In this document: positions 12,340-24,330 of the stretch, in pieces
Numbering within the stretch: position 1 is the first letter of the stretch
Layout of the letters: every line of letters starts with the position of its first letter
Assembly (NCBI GenBank): GCA_032718475.1
Contig: JAUCBJ010001144.1
Location: forward strand, 1 to 36,764
Reading direction: 5' to 3'
From: Nemertoderma westbladi
Lineage: Eukaryota > Animalia > Xenacoelomorpha
Length of the DNA stretch: 36,764 nucleotides
The notes under the pieces: model-generated
Databases searched by the model: none
Seen by the model: the letters and a program-made list of their open reading frames with translations, nothing else
What the model was told of the DNA's origin: nothing
Program-made: the position numbers and the translations under genes

Positions 12340-13072
12340 CAGATTACTCCATATATGGTGGTGAAATGGGGGAGGGGGGGGGGGGGCGGGGTATATAGAT
12401 ATATATATATAATACTATAGATACCGGGGGTTGCCATAGAACTCCAAAAATATTACCATATATGGTGGTGAAATTGGTCCAAATTGGAAAAAAATTGGTC
12501 CAGTGAATGGGAGGGTATCTGAGATTTAGGTAGGGGGCCATTGCGTGAGCGCGAGCGGCGGATTGAGTGATATGGTGGACCTATACCTCTTGAACCAATC
12601 ACATCCCATCTTGACCATTGCAAGTCGATCCCATTCGTTTATTTTAGCTATGCAGTTTCTTGAACCAATCGCCTACCAGCGTAACTCGCGAAAATTTTCT
12701 GATTTTCGTATAAATTAAGTGAAGCTCCCTTTTTCTCTTACGATTTTTCATTCTCATTCCGCTTCTAGCATTCCGATTCCGCTTCTTCATTCACGAGTTT
12801 CGTTCTTCATTTTCGTATCATTCCAGCCTCTCTTCCATTCTTCATTCAGCCTTCTATTGATGGTGAGTCATTTGTCTAGGCTCTACACGGCCCTCTCATT
12901 TCAAAACAATTTCATTTACGCACCGAAACCGACTAAGTCTAAAAATATTATTTCATTTGCGTACTGAAACCGACTAAAGTGATAATAATTTACCAAAACC
13001 GACTAAGTCTAAAAATTGTATTACGGTTTTGGTTTTTATCTACTACCTTTTTGGAAAAAGGAAAGAACACCG

Positions 13073-13228
13073 ATTTAAAATACTGTAGTTAGTCGGTTTT
13101 GAAACAATTTAAAATACTGTAGTTAGTCAGTTTTGAAACAATTTAAAGTAATGTAGTTAGTCGGTTTTGAATCAATTTAAAATACTGTAGTTAGTTGGTT
13201 TTGAAACAATTTAAAATACTGTAGTTAG
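13073..13228. repeat. 34-bp minisatellite, about 4.5 copies (second copy at about 14493-14648)
   Basis: Unit ATTTAAAATACTGTAGTTAGTCGGTTTTGAAACA; inverted AAACCGACTAA motifs lie just upstream (12926-13006). Confidence 0.9.
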
Positions 13229-13402
13229 AAAGTCACCGGGGGTTGATCCAGCGCTTAATTAATAATAAATTAAATAATTACAAATAAATATATATTCAGT
13301 ATGAGTATTGTTGGCTATGGTCATATTAATTAATTAAATAATTCAGCATAGTGTTCATCCACTCTATCCTGGCATCCTTTTACACTAATATATAATAACA
13401 TA

Positions 13403-13819
13403 GGGGGCGTTCAGAAATTATGTCACGCACTAGGGGGGGGGGGGGGGGGGGGGGGTGTTGGATTGACTTTTGTGACGGTCACGGCGATGTTCTACGGTAT
13501 GCTTTAAATGTTAGCTTGACTTTAAACTCAATACCTGCCTAATCTGCCTTGTGCATGTACAGTACTGTAGTTTGAAGATGCTAAATAAAGTATGTATTTT
13601 AAGCTTTTAGTTAGAACTACTTCAGTCTAAATGTTTCACTATTATATTGTGCTACCTATCTGTTATTAAATTATATAAATAAAATATTATTCGTCTAGGG
13701 GGAGGGGGGGGGGGGGGGGGGTCGAGCTTGCTTGACACTTTGTGACAGAGGGGGGGGGGGGGGGGGGGGGGAGGTCAAAAAACTGGAAAATTTGCGTGAC
13801 ATACTTTATGAACGCCCCC
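13403..13819. mobile_element. MITE with about 27-bp TIRs
   Basis: GGGGCGTTCAGAAATTATGTCACGCA ... TGCGTGACATACTTTATGAACGCCCC; flanked by (C)ATA on both sides (3-4 bp TSD). Superfamily uncertain. Confidence 0.85.
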
Positions 13820-14820
13820 ATAACTAATATACTATGTTTTATCATTTTATATGGAGAAGTACGGTATTGTACATGGTCGATTCGCTCGGCGGGCGACACT
13901 TGCTGACGTTATAACAACTCGCCGGTCATGGAGGGCCACCATATGGCGGCAATGATTATGAGTGTAACCTGCGCAGCAAAGCAATATTCTTTCTAATATG
14001 ACTTGTGTTGGGCCGCACAGTGTTGATTATGGGCTCATTCGAACCGCAATACCTGTTTAATGGTCGATTTAGTGGGGGTATGGCTGGTTAGCTTGGTTTT
14101 ATTATCATTCTTCTTTGTATTTTAGCCAGTTTAAGCCAATCATCAAGCCTTTTTCTCTTACGATTTTTCATTCTCATTCCGCTTCTAGCATTCCGATTCC
14201 GCTTCTTCATTCACGAGTTTCGTTCTTCATTTTCGTATCATTCCAGCCTCTCTTCCATTCTTCATTCAGCCTTCTATTGATGGTGAGTCATTTGTCTAGG
14301 CTCTACACGGCCCTCTCATTTCAAAACAATTTCATTTACGCACCGAAACCGACTAAGTCTAAAAATATTATTTCATTTGCGTACTGAAACCGACTAAAGT
14401 TATAATAATTTACCAAAACCGACTAAGTCTAAAAATTGTATTACGGTTTTGGTTTTTATCTACTACCTTTTTGGAAAAAGGAAAGAACACCGATTTAAAA
14501 TACTGTAGTTAGTCGGTTTTGAAACAATTTAAAATACTGTAGTTAGTCAGTTTTGAAACAATTTAAAGTAATGTAGTTAGTCGGTTTTGAATCAATTTAA
14601 AATACTGTAGTTAGTTGGTTTTGAAACAATTTAAAATACTGTAGTTAGTAAGTCACCGGGGGTTGATCCAGCGCTTAATTAATAATAAATTAAATAATTA
14701 CAAATAAATATATATTCAGTATGAGTATTGTTGGATATGGTCATATTAATTAATTAAATAATTCAGCATAGTTCATCCACTCTATCCTGGCATCCTTTTA
14801 CACTAATATATAATAACATA

Positions 14821-15231
14821 GGGGGCGTTCAGAAATTAGGGGCGTTCAGAAATTATGTCACGCACTAGGGGGGGGGGGGGGGGTGTTGGATTGACTTTTG
14901 TGACGGTCACGGCGATGTTCTACGGTATGCTTTAAATGTTAGCTTGACTTTAAACTCAATACCTGCCTAATCTGCCTTGTGCATGTACAGTACTGTAGTT
15001 TGAAGATGCTAAATAAAGTATGTATTTTAAGCTTTTAGTTAGAACTACTTCAGTCTAAATGTTTCACTATTGTGCTACCTATCTGTTATTAAATTATATA
15101 AATAAAATATTATTCGTCTAGGGGGGAGGGGGGGGGGGGGGGGTCGAGCTTGCTTGACACTTTGTGACAGAGGGGGGGGGGGGAGGTCAAAAAACTGGAA
15201 AATTTGCGTGACATACTTTATGAACGCCCCC
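14821..15231. mobile_element. Duplicate copy of the MITE, left TIR partly duplicated
   Basis: Same TIRs; extra GGGGCGTTCAGAAATTA at the left end. Confidence 0.85.
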
Positions 15232-15853
15232 ATAACTAATATACTATGTTTTATCATTTTATATGGAGAAGTACGGTATTGTACATGGTCGATTCGCTCG
15301 GCGGGCGACACTTGCTGACGTTATAACAACTCGCCGGTCATGGAGGGCCACCATATGGCGGCAATGATTATGAGTGTAACCTGCGCAGCAAAGCAATATT
15401 CTTTCTAATATGACTTGTGTTGGCCGCACAGTGTTGATTATGGGCTCATTCGAACCGCAATACCTGTTTAATGGTCGATTTAGTGGGGGTATGGCTGGTT
15501 AGCTTGGTTTTATTATCATTCTTCTTTGTATTTTAGCCAGTTTAAGCCAAATTTTAGCCCACACATATGTCACGACAGGTTACACTTACAGTAGGCTACA
15601 TATCAGCATATGTGTAATTCAGAGAGAAAAGCAGAAGGAAGGATATTCCAAAGTTGCTAGAGATAGTAGTACAGGCATCTGAAAAAGTCTGTCAGTCTGT
15701 AGGCTCGTCTTATGTAAACGGTAGTAGTATCCAACCAAGTCAAATCAAAATACTGAGGAGTTGTACAATACAATATAGTATAAAATAGATGATTAATAGT
15801 TCGTAATTACTGGACTACAGCTCTTCGAGTATCTCTCATGGCAGGTGTTTTAA

Positions 15854-16100
15854 TCAACCGACTTTTTGTGATATGGATGCATGGTTTAGAGGTCTTCGGG
15901 TATCTCTCGCATTGGGTGTTTCACTCGACTGAGTTAGCTCTGTGGCATCACAGTCCAAGACAATCCTAGTCTTCCTTTGCTCCATGGTTTCCCTCCTATG
16001 AAAAGCTACTTGCTTGGCCCGAATTTGAGCTTGATGTTCCACAATGGAGTGTTTTGCCTTTCTTTGGGTCAAGCAGTATCGCCTTATAGGGAGGCATACC
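15854..16100 (-). mobile_element. Degenerate Helitron-like N-terminal ET.EQR repeat region
   Basis: MPP..RR start, RRETMEQRKTRI..D and SETPNARDTR resemble the STPR-type repeats of Helitron RepHel N-termini. Confidence 0.4.
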
Positions 16101-16441
16101 GTCTGACTGTACTGCAACCGCACTGCAACCACACTGCACTGGTAGGCTAGATACCGGTCTACCAGCAGACTACAGGCAGACAGATAGATAAAATACCTAG
16201 GTGTTAGCGTTCTCCTGGTAGCGGTAGGAGGTCAGTAGGTGACATACCAGCATACAGGCATACAGTACTGATATACACTGATACAGTACCATTAATACTG
16301 CAGTACTGCTGCAGCACTGCAAGCAATACAATACATGTCAACATGTAATAGAGCAATGCATTATGCATTGTAAGTTAATGTATATAACGTATTGTAATAT
16401 AATGTATTGTATGTAACTGTCAGGGTCAGATATCCAGGTCA

Positions 16442-16526
16442 TAGATATCCTCTGTCCAACCAGCTACCCCATAGATGCCGTTTAGATATCCCCTGTCCAA
16501 CCAGCTACCCCATAGATGCCGTTTAG
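16442..16526. repeat. 41-bp tandem duplication
   Basis: TAGATATCCYCTGTCCAACCAGCTACCCCATAGATGCCGTT, twice. Confidence 0.9.
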
Positions 16527-18205
16527 GTTATAGAAGGCACACCACCGATACTACCAATCTCCTTTATGGATTTATGCCTTTGTGGCACAGATTCCAAGGG
16601 ACCAATCGTTATCTCTATTGTATGAGGAGATAGGGGATCCATTGAGGTAGACACTCTTACCAGGACTCCATTATTAAGTCCAGGACAATTATTAAGTCAA
16701 CAGCAGTCTGTTGAATCCAGATATATCTAGAGTGTAACTAGTGGTAAAATTCCCATAATGGGGCTAATGCTGTGGACGCCACACCGCAGCATGCAGTGTA
16801 TTTATTAGTTTATATTAAGGAGAAAGCCATCAGGAGCAAGCATGGTTCCGTCCTCGACCCGGATAACATAGTCCACCTCCCATTCTGATGGCATGGCCAT
16901 AGCGGGAACCATGTAACCATCCAACAATCATCTGATTGGTGGTCACACACATAGAATCGAACCTTGGGTCCACAGATAGTCTCCTCCAATGCACCAACCT
17001 AGGGAGGATTTCTGCCCATAACACAAGTCACATTATTCAGAGTATTCCCGTATCACATCGCCTTCAAATTGTCAATACCAAACTGAGCTGTTATCACAGA
17101 GATCATTACCACCAAAAATCAGAACGATGGCACAAGGTCTATCTACTCTGCCATTTGGACATAACCTCCTGTGGGTTGTGGGTAGAAAAAACCCTCCCTG
17201 AATGCCACACAAACCGAGCTTTAGCAACTGTTGGAAACAGGCCAATATTATGATTATGAGTTAAACATTCCCTCCCTGTTGATAAATCTAAGGAGATAAT
17301 CTGTGTGGGAAGAACCCACAACTCGAATGTCTTGAATGAAGTTGCGTTCACATCAAGGAACTGAGTGTAATGAATTACGAGTATGTGGCATTATTCGAGA
17401 TTTGTAATAGTAGTTATCGACATATAAAATAAGGGCATTCCTTTTATATGAGATGGATCTTTTATATGAGATAAACATTGAAGAAGAAACAACTATTTGG
17501 TACAGTGCATTTATTATTTACAAGGAAGAGATTTGTTTTAGTTACAATTAATTATAACTTTAGCTTGATCAGCATACTTTGTCATGATGTAGTTCACCAA
17601 AGCCTAACTAACCCATAACCATTGGGTTTAAACCCAATAATTAAATACGGCCGTGATTTTTTATGTCCTTTTATTTGACTTTTTTTGTCCTCCTTTTTTT
17701 ACGAATTATGCATAATGACTTTTGTTGCCCTTTTAATGACTTTTATTGTCCTTTTAATGACTTTTTATGTATGTATTTCTTCAAACTGTCAGACTGCTGA
17801 TTTCTGGACTGTCAGACAGTTGATTTCAACATGCCTATGCCAAAACATTCAAAATTTGTTAATTTCTGGTCTGTCGGACAGTTGGTTTACTATGCCTGTG
17901 CCAAAACATCCCATGATTCCATGATTTATAGACTATGAGATAGAATTCCATATGCGCCTGTGGTAAAAGACTCTAAATTTAATAGTTTGTGGTTGTTGTC
18001 GATAATCGATTACCACATGACGTAGCAAAACACTCATTTTATAGCCAAAAACAATTACCAATTGATGGAAAGGAGCAGGTTAAGGCCGGATTTTCTAACC
18101 AAAACAATAAACTACTAAAGATATACACAATTATTAAACACTAGCTACATACAACAATATGTATTTAACTACAAAAATTTAAATATGATAAGTTGGCAAG
18201 AATAC

Positions 18206-19010
18206 AACTAATTGTGTGCAGAATAAAGTCTCTATTGTAGTTCTCCAATGTAATGCATAATAACTAATTGTGTGCAGAATAAAGTCTCTATTGTAGTTCT
18301 CCAATGTAGTGCATAATAACTAATTGTGCGCAGAATAAAGTCTCTATTGTAGTTCTCCAATGTAGTGCATAATAACTAATTGTGCGCAGAATAAAGTCTC
18401 TATTGTAGTTCTCCAATGTAGTGCATAATAACTAATTGTGTGCAGAATAAAGTCTCTATTGTAGTTCTCCAATGTAGTGCATAATAACTAATTGTGTGCA
18501 GAATAAAGTCTCTATTGTAGTTCTCCAATGTAGTGCATAATAACTAATTGTGCGCAGAATAAAGTCTCTATTGTAGTTCTCCAATGTAGTGCATAATAAC
18601 TAATTGTGCGCAGAATAAAGTCTCTATTGTAGTTCTCCAATGTAGTGCATAATAACTAATTGTGTGCAGAATAAAGTCTCTATTGTAGTTCTCCAATGTA
18701 GTGCATAATAACTAATTGTGTGCAGAATAAAGTCTCTATTGTAGTTCTCCAATGTAGTGCATAATAACTAATTGTGTGCAGAATAAAGTCTCTATTGTAG
18801 TTCTCCAATGTAGTGCATAATAACTAATTGTGTGCAGAATAAAGTCTCTATTGTAGTTCTCCAATGTAGTGCATAATAATTAATTGTGTGCAGAATGTCC
18901 GAGTTCGCTCGACCTAGTAGTAGTAGTAGTGCAGAATAAAGTCTCTATTGTAGTTCTCCAATGTAGTGCATAATAACTAATTGTGTGCAGAATAAAGTCT
19001 CTATTGTAGT
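18206..19010. repeat. 56-bp satellite array, about 13.6 copies
   Basis: Unit AACTAATTGTGYGCAGAATAAAGTCTCTATTGTAGTTCTCCAATGTAGTGCATAAT; starts every 56 bp from 18206. Confidence 0.97.
18888..18937 (+). mobile_element. 32-bp RTE family A 3' end inserted in the satellite, 9-bp TSD
   Basis: GTCCGAGTTCGCTCGACC(TAG)n is the reverse complement of the RTE 3' end at 22721-22753; TSD GTGCAGAAT at 18888-18896 and 18929-18937. Confidence 0.9.
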
Positions 19011-20139
19011 AATCGGCGTGGGTACATTCATCGCCATCCTTGAGCCGGGGAGAGACGACACATCTTCCCGCGGTAGTATCCCGGCTTAGTCCGATACATC
19101 TAAGGGCCGCCCCCATTTACCCTGAGCGTACCTCTCGGTTGAATGAAATAAGTAAATCTGCAGAACTGGCGGGTTTCTGCCTTGAAATCCCAAGACTGAC
19201 TTTATCCGGGGTTTGTGTTGTTGTTAATATTATTTCGTATTTGTAAATAAAGATTAATAATAATAAATATTGTAGTAGATAAGTTTGTCAATTTCTATTA
19301 CATATATTTTTATAACCAAATTAAGCAGAATTGCTTTTATTAAAAAAAAATAATGACTTTCCTAAACAATAAGCAATATACCAATCAAAATAAATAATGA
19401 ATAATAATAAATCTCATTTATAAATATTGTATTTTTTAGATGATATTGAAGAAGGTGTGTGGGGGCAACTTGTGCCGAGGATTAAAGGGGGCGGCCTGCC
19501 CATGCTACCGGAGGGGGTTGAAGGAGACATGGGTCATCGAAGGGGACATCCGCCTGCCAGCGATTTGGGATGCGGAAAAATAAGAAGGTGGAGCCCCACC
19601 AATTTTCATCGCGGTATTTTACCGCGATGTTTCTGAATAGACATCAACAAGGGGTAGGCATTTTAATATTCAAATTGATAATAAAATTTGCTAATTAAAA
19701 AATATAGAAAACCTTAACTAATCATTTACATACAGTACTTACACTATTGCACTTTTTAATTAATTGATAGTAGCAATAATAAATTGAAGAACACCACGTT
19801 TGTAAGATATAAAAAATAGCCTACCAATTAAAGTCATACCAAAAACAATTATTCAACACCAAAATAAATAAATGCTTTTTGGTGAGAAATATTCAAAATT
19901 GGGGGATGTAAATTGGTGCTCCAAAAAAATATATTTTGTGCTAAATAATTTTTTTGGTGTGAACTCATCTAATTTGGGGTTGCAGTCAATTAGTTGCTTA
20001 AAAATATGACATTCCCGTGAAAATATTGTTAAAAATAATATAATTATTGACATTTTATTACATTTCGCAATATGCAAAAACGTAATACTCTAATGGCTAT
20101 TATTATATTATTAAAACGTAATAAATTTAAATAAAAATA

Positions 20140-21140
20140 AATTTCACTAAGGCCTTCGATTCTGTGAACAGGGAGCTACTATGCACCAAGCTTTCATCCT
20201 GCGGTGTAAGCAAAAAGTTTATAGAAGTACTATGGTCCATTCTAGCAATTAATTTTGTATGTATCTGCATCGGCAATTACATATTAGATCCGATTGCGCA
20301 AACAATCGGGGTAGTTCAAGGCGACAAACTGTCACCTTTACTATTTGCACTATTTGTACACGATCTCCCTGCTGCGATCGCTATAGCAGCATGTTGGATA
20401 TGGATGTATGCGGACGACCTTGTAATCGCTGGACAAACAATAGCTGATGTACAAGAATCACTGGATAAACTTGCTGAATACTGCAGGGTAAACAATCTGA
20501 GAGTCAATTTGTCGAAAACAAAAGCCGTAAAATTCAGGAGAGGTGGACACCCGGCAAGATCAGATATATTGACATATATGGGACAAAGAATGGCGCCAGC
20601 AAACACTACACACACCTATATAAGAAAGGTATAGCATGTTGTGCTCGAATCGCCACCAAAGTCAACCTACCAATGACTAACATGGAAACCGCTAGGAAAT
20701 TATACATAGCTATTGTCCTTCCGACAGTAACATATGGTTGTGATATATTCACCACAAAAGATAATATTAACTCTTTGGAACATATACGTAAAGTACGTGC
20801 CTTTTACTGGAAAATGTGGTGCGGAATCTCGAAATATGCCCGGTCCCCCACCCCTATTCTAGAATCAATTGACAACGCTTCGAGCTCTGACACTAACTTA
20901 GCGGGTTTAACAGGCTATCGGCGGCGATCAATGGCACAGCTAGTGTCAAACGGTTGCCACCATAAGCTATGTTCCACACCGAACTGCTGGTCACCTATCG
21001 ATTCATGCATTTGCTGTTTATGCAGTTGCCAAGCAACAGAAGCCCCCACCCATTACATTAATTGCACCTCATTTCCTCGTGGATTGTCGAAGCTGAAGGC
21101 TGCCCTGTTTTTAATGAACTATGAACATCAACCTACATGA
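20140..21140 (+). mobile_element. Non-LTR retrotransposon RT and C-terminus (RTEX-like), internally deleted
   Basis: KAFDSV, GVVQGDKLSPLLF, YADDLV, NLSKTKAVKFRRGG; then P.VTYGCDI and a Cys/His-rich tail. Confidence 0.8.
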
Positions 21141-22087
21141 TTTTTAACTCATTATTGTTTTATAAATTAAGTTACTAGAATATTATTAATTTTAAAAAAT
21201 TGTGCTGTTACTAAATAAATAATTAATTAATTTTACCACGAAAACCAAAATGTTTTGGTAATAAACGTGTACTCTCGATTCAAAACGTAATATTTGGATA
21301 ATTTAGATTACAAATTTAGTTTCAATATTTATATTTCAAATATTATTTACATTTTCAGTCTATTAGGGATTTGTCGACAGCGCAAACGTTCGCAGTTAGT
21401 CAGTCGGTCATGCCCTATCGAAATTATTTAGTAAAACATGACATGTATAATTTTAATAAATAATGATCCTTCAATCCTTCCCTTTCCAGAATCCAATAGT
21501 CCCTGTGCGCCCACCTTCGGGAGCCAGCTTTCCGGGGCGACAAGTCTCGGGGGTTCATCCCCATTATAGAAGTTCAGCATCCCACAATCGCAATACCCGG
21601 ACCAACGGCGGTAATGTTTCTGCGATACATTGTGGTCTACTCAGAGGAGTTATCCGGCTTCAGTATTAATGTTCCTCAAGCCTGTCATACAGCAGTGAAG
21701 TGCATTATTAGTGTAGGATCAGCCAGTTTGCAGTTCTGATTAACGATCTTCCATGGATGACCAGGAAGAACTCCTTGAGCCTGAGCTAACAGCGTTCGAC
21801 GAAGATTGCAATTTGCACTGCTGAAATCCAGTTCTCTTTGCGTCCGTGGTGGTCGCAGATCTTGGCGTGGACTTGGGTTTGGCGATGGGGCCGGTCTTCG
21901 TGGACGAGACATAACGACACAATACTAGCCCATGGTCGAGCTGTTGAAATCCACATAAACTAATGCATAACACATAATACTGAAATACTCTATTGATCAA
22001 CTCTTTCTATATATTTAATTTGGTTGTGTTAATTTTGGTTATTAATATTTGTTCATATTATATTATATTATATTATTAAATAAATAT

Positions 22088-22187
22088 AAATTATCAGATA
22101 GTGATAGGTGTTATATACGACAACACATCGAGTCTTTTCCATCATTTCCATCACACTATGCTCGCAAAGGTACAAACAGGCTATATT
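22088..22187 (+). mobile_element. Sola1-like transposase scrap
   Basis: IRQHIESFPSFPSHYARKGTNRLY matches the HI.SFP...SHY.R....YL motif. Confidence 0.55.
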
Positions 22188-22345
22188 GTACTCCCTCCTC
22201 GCAGACCAGTATAGTTCTTTGTCGGAATCGGAACGATTTCGTTTCGACATTAAGGTCAGAAGGTTGTCCTTACTTGTCTTACATTCATCGTCGTACCATT
22301 GCTGGTGGTGGTTCTGATTGTTTGATGGCTTGTGCTTTGCCGCAG
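22185..22345 (-). mobile_element. LINE EN-RT linker scrap (RTEX-like)
   Basis: QWYDDECKTSK...Y..ARREY (W.D.EC motif). Confidence 0.55.
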
Positions 22346-22468
22346 TTGATATTACTTTAATAAGAGTAATAAAATAATAAGTAAAAATTAATAAAATAGT
22401 TGTGAACACGTTCCTTTCTGTTCTTTTTTTACGAATCTATTACTTAATTTACTTCATATTTAATAATA

Positions 22469-23637
22469 ATGTTTAAACTTTATCGCGAAGAAGAACCGGC
22501 TATTCCTATCGCGCTGGGGATACTACCATTGGTAGGCTCCCATGGTTGCAAATTAGAGATCTTACAGTTTTTCGTAAAGATGCAGTTCTTAACTTAAGTA
22601 GCGACGGGAGGTTATGGGTCAAACCCATAAGCGAGAACGCTACTTTTTTTCAAAAAAATGGGGAAGAAGCGTTCCACGTCTTGGAGAGAAACTGTTGGAA
22701 AGAACTCAAGAATAAAGATACTACTACTACTACTAGGTCGAGCGAACTCGGACAGTGGAAATGAGATCCTTCCAGGCTTCCCGATTCTCCATAGTTGTCG
22801 CAATTTCGTTTCTCCCAAGTTCAGTATCCCTTTCAAGTTGATCTATATATGTTATGGCAGGTCGTCCACGACTACGCTTTCCATGAGTTGGTTGCCAGAA
22901 AAGTAGATCTGGTATGACCTCGTCTTTACTTCGCCAGCAGTGCCCACTGAATCTTAATCTGCGTTCACGGAGGGTGGTTGATACAGGTGGTATTGTACCA
23001 TAAAGCTCGGCGTTTGTCATGTGTTGTCTCCAGCTGATGTTTAGGGCTGCCCGTAGTAGTCTTGTGTAGCAACCATCAATTCGTTGTTCAAGTGATTTAG
23101 TCAGTGTCCAGGTCTCACCCCCGTATAAAAATACACTTTCCACTGTGGCTCGAAAGAACTTGGTCTTCAGGTGCCTGGAGAGATCTGATTTCCAGATGGT
23201 ATCCATTTTTGATAGAGCTACCCAAGCCTTTGCTTTCCTAACTTCTATGTCCTTTTTGCTACTCTCTATCCATGATCCAAGGTACTGGAAAAAGATAAAA
23301 GAATAAAGATAGAATATCTTTATTACCACCACCAACCCATACCTTTACAATTTTACGTACTGATATGGAGAGTGACGAGGATATTTTCTTTTATTCCATC
23401 AACAGTGATGAGAGGGATGAGACTTTGTTCTGCCCTGAGTCGGAGGAGGATGAACAGGAGGCGTTGGTTGAGAATCGATCTGAATCCGAAGAAGTGGTGG
23501 ATAACTGTTCAGAATCAGGCGACGTGGACAACCGTCCTGAGTGCATGTATGGCACTTGGTGTATGTCTTTTAGTATGGAACATATGAAAAACTTTAAACA
23601 TACTCAGCCTCCACCCCCTCCGCCGATGAGTATTTAG
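22469..23637 (+). pseudogene. Intronless APLF-like mini gene (FHA, acidic region, PBZ zinc finger), disrupted by an RTE insertion and one frameshift
   Basis: MFKLYREEEPAIPIALG/DTTIGRLPWLQIRDLTVFRKDAVL...LWVKPISENATFF...KNKD|RISLLP resembles the APLF FHA. Removing the RTE and one TSD copy joins it in frame to the ORF at 23365, containing DNRPECMYGTWC...EHMKNFKH (PBZ). Confidence 0.8.
22708..23311 (-). mobile_element. 5'-truncated RTE-clade LINE (family A) with open ORF end, (TAG)n tail and 13-bp TSD
   Basis: YLGSWI...LYGGETWTL...RLRFSGHCWR...RGRP; TSD AAGAATAAAGATA at 22708-22720 and 23299-23311. Confidence 0.93.
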
Positions 23638-24330
23638 TACTGTTGCTACGTTTGTATAATATTGTAGCTATTGTAGTATATGTTTTGTAGTACATATACA
23701 TTGAATATATGTGGTGGTTTAATTACAATTAATAATTGTATAATATATTTATTTTGAGTACCTTGCGCTCCTACTGCCCCCCTTCCAACACTGTGATTAA
23801 CTTTAAAGCAATAAGTTAATTAAGCAATGTCAAACAATAAAATAAATTACAATAGTGTCATTGACAGTGGCACTTTATCATCTATTGTTTTGAGGTTATT
23901 GAAATGTTAAGTTATTAATTAAAGTTTAAGTTACCAATCGTAACCAGGTTGTAGGAAACTCTAATCTGTTAACTTTTAACAGAAGTAGCGAATATAATTA
24001 CAATTTATTCAAATCCGATTTATTATTTTTAGTGCTACAAGTATTAATACTTGTATGAAAACATTACGTATAATTAATTTATTTATTTTTAATCAGTTAA
24101 ATTATAATAAAATTGTTATTAAAAATGTACTATATATTATAAAATATATTGCAAAATAAACGCCGGTTTACAAATATTACATAAAGATCAGTTTACACTT
24201 TTTGTGATTATATAATTTATTTTGTTATAGGAATAATATAGTAGATGGTGGAGAATTGCGCTGAATCGGGGGAAGAAGACGTGCTCAACCGCCCTGAACG
24301 CATATACTGTATGTAATGTGGTGTTTCTGT

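Larger units (their letters stand above)
12728..15550. repeat. Recent tandem duplication, period about 1420 bp (12728-14139 and 14148-15550)
   Basis: Near-identical copies with identical ORF translations; 8-nt junction filler at 14140-14147. Confidence 0.95.

Noticed and set aside
12719-15311. Duplicated short ORFs and poly-Pro/Gly ORFs
   Set aside because: By-products of the tandem duplication and of G/C homopolymers.
16820-17370. Coding-like composition (similar patches at 19427-19640, 21460-22000 and 35400-36100)
   Set aside because: No motif I can recognise; left unassigned.
18206-19010. CRISPR-like array
   Set aside because: Head-to-tail units without unique spacers; the one apparent spacer is an RTE micro-insertion; no cas genes.
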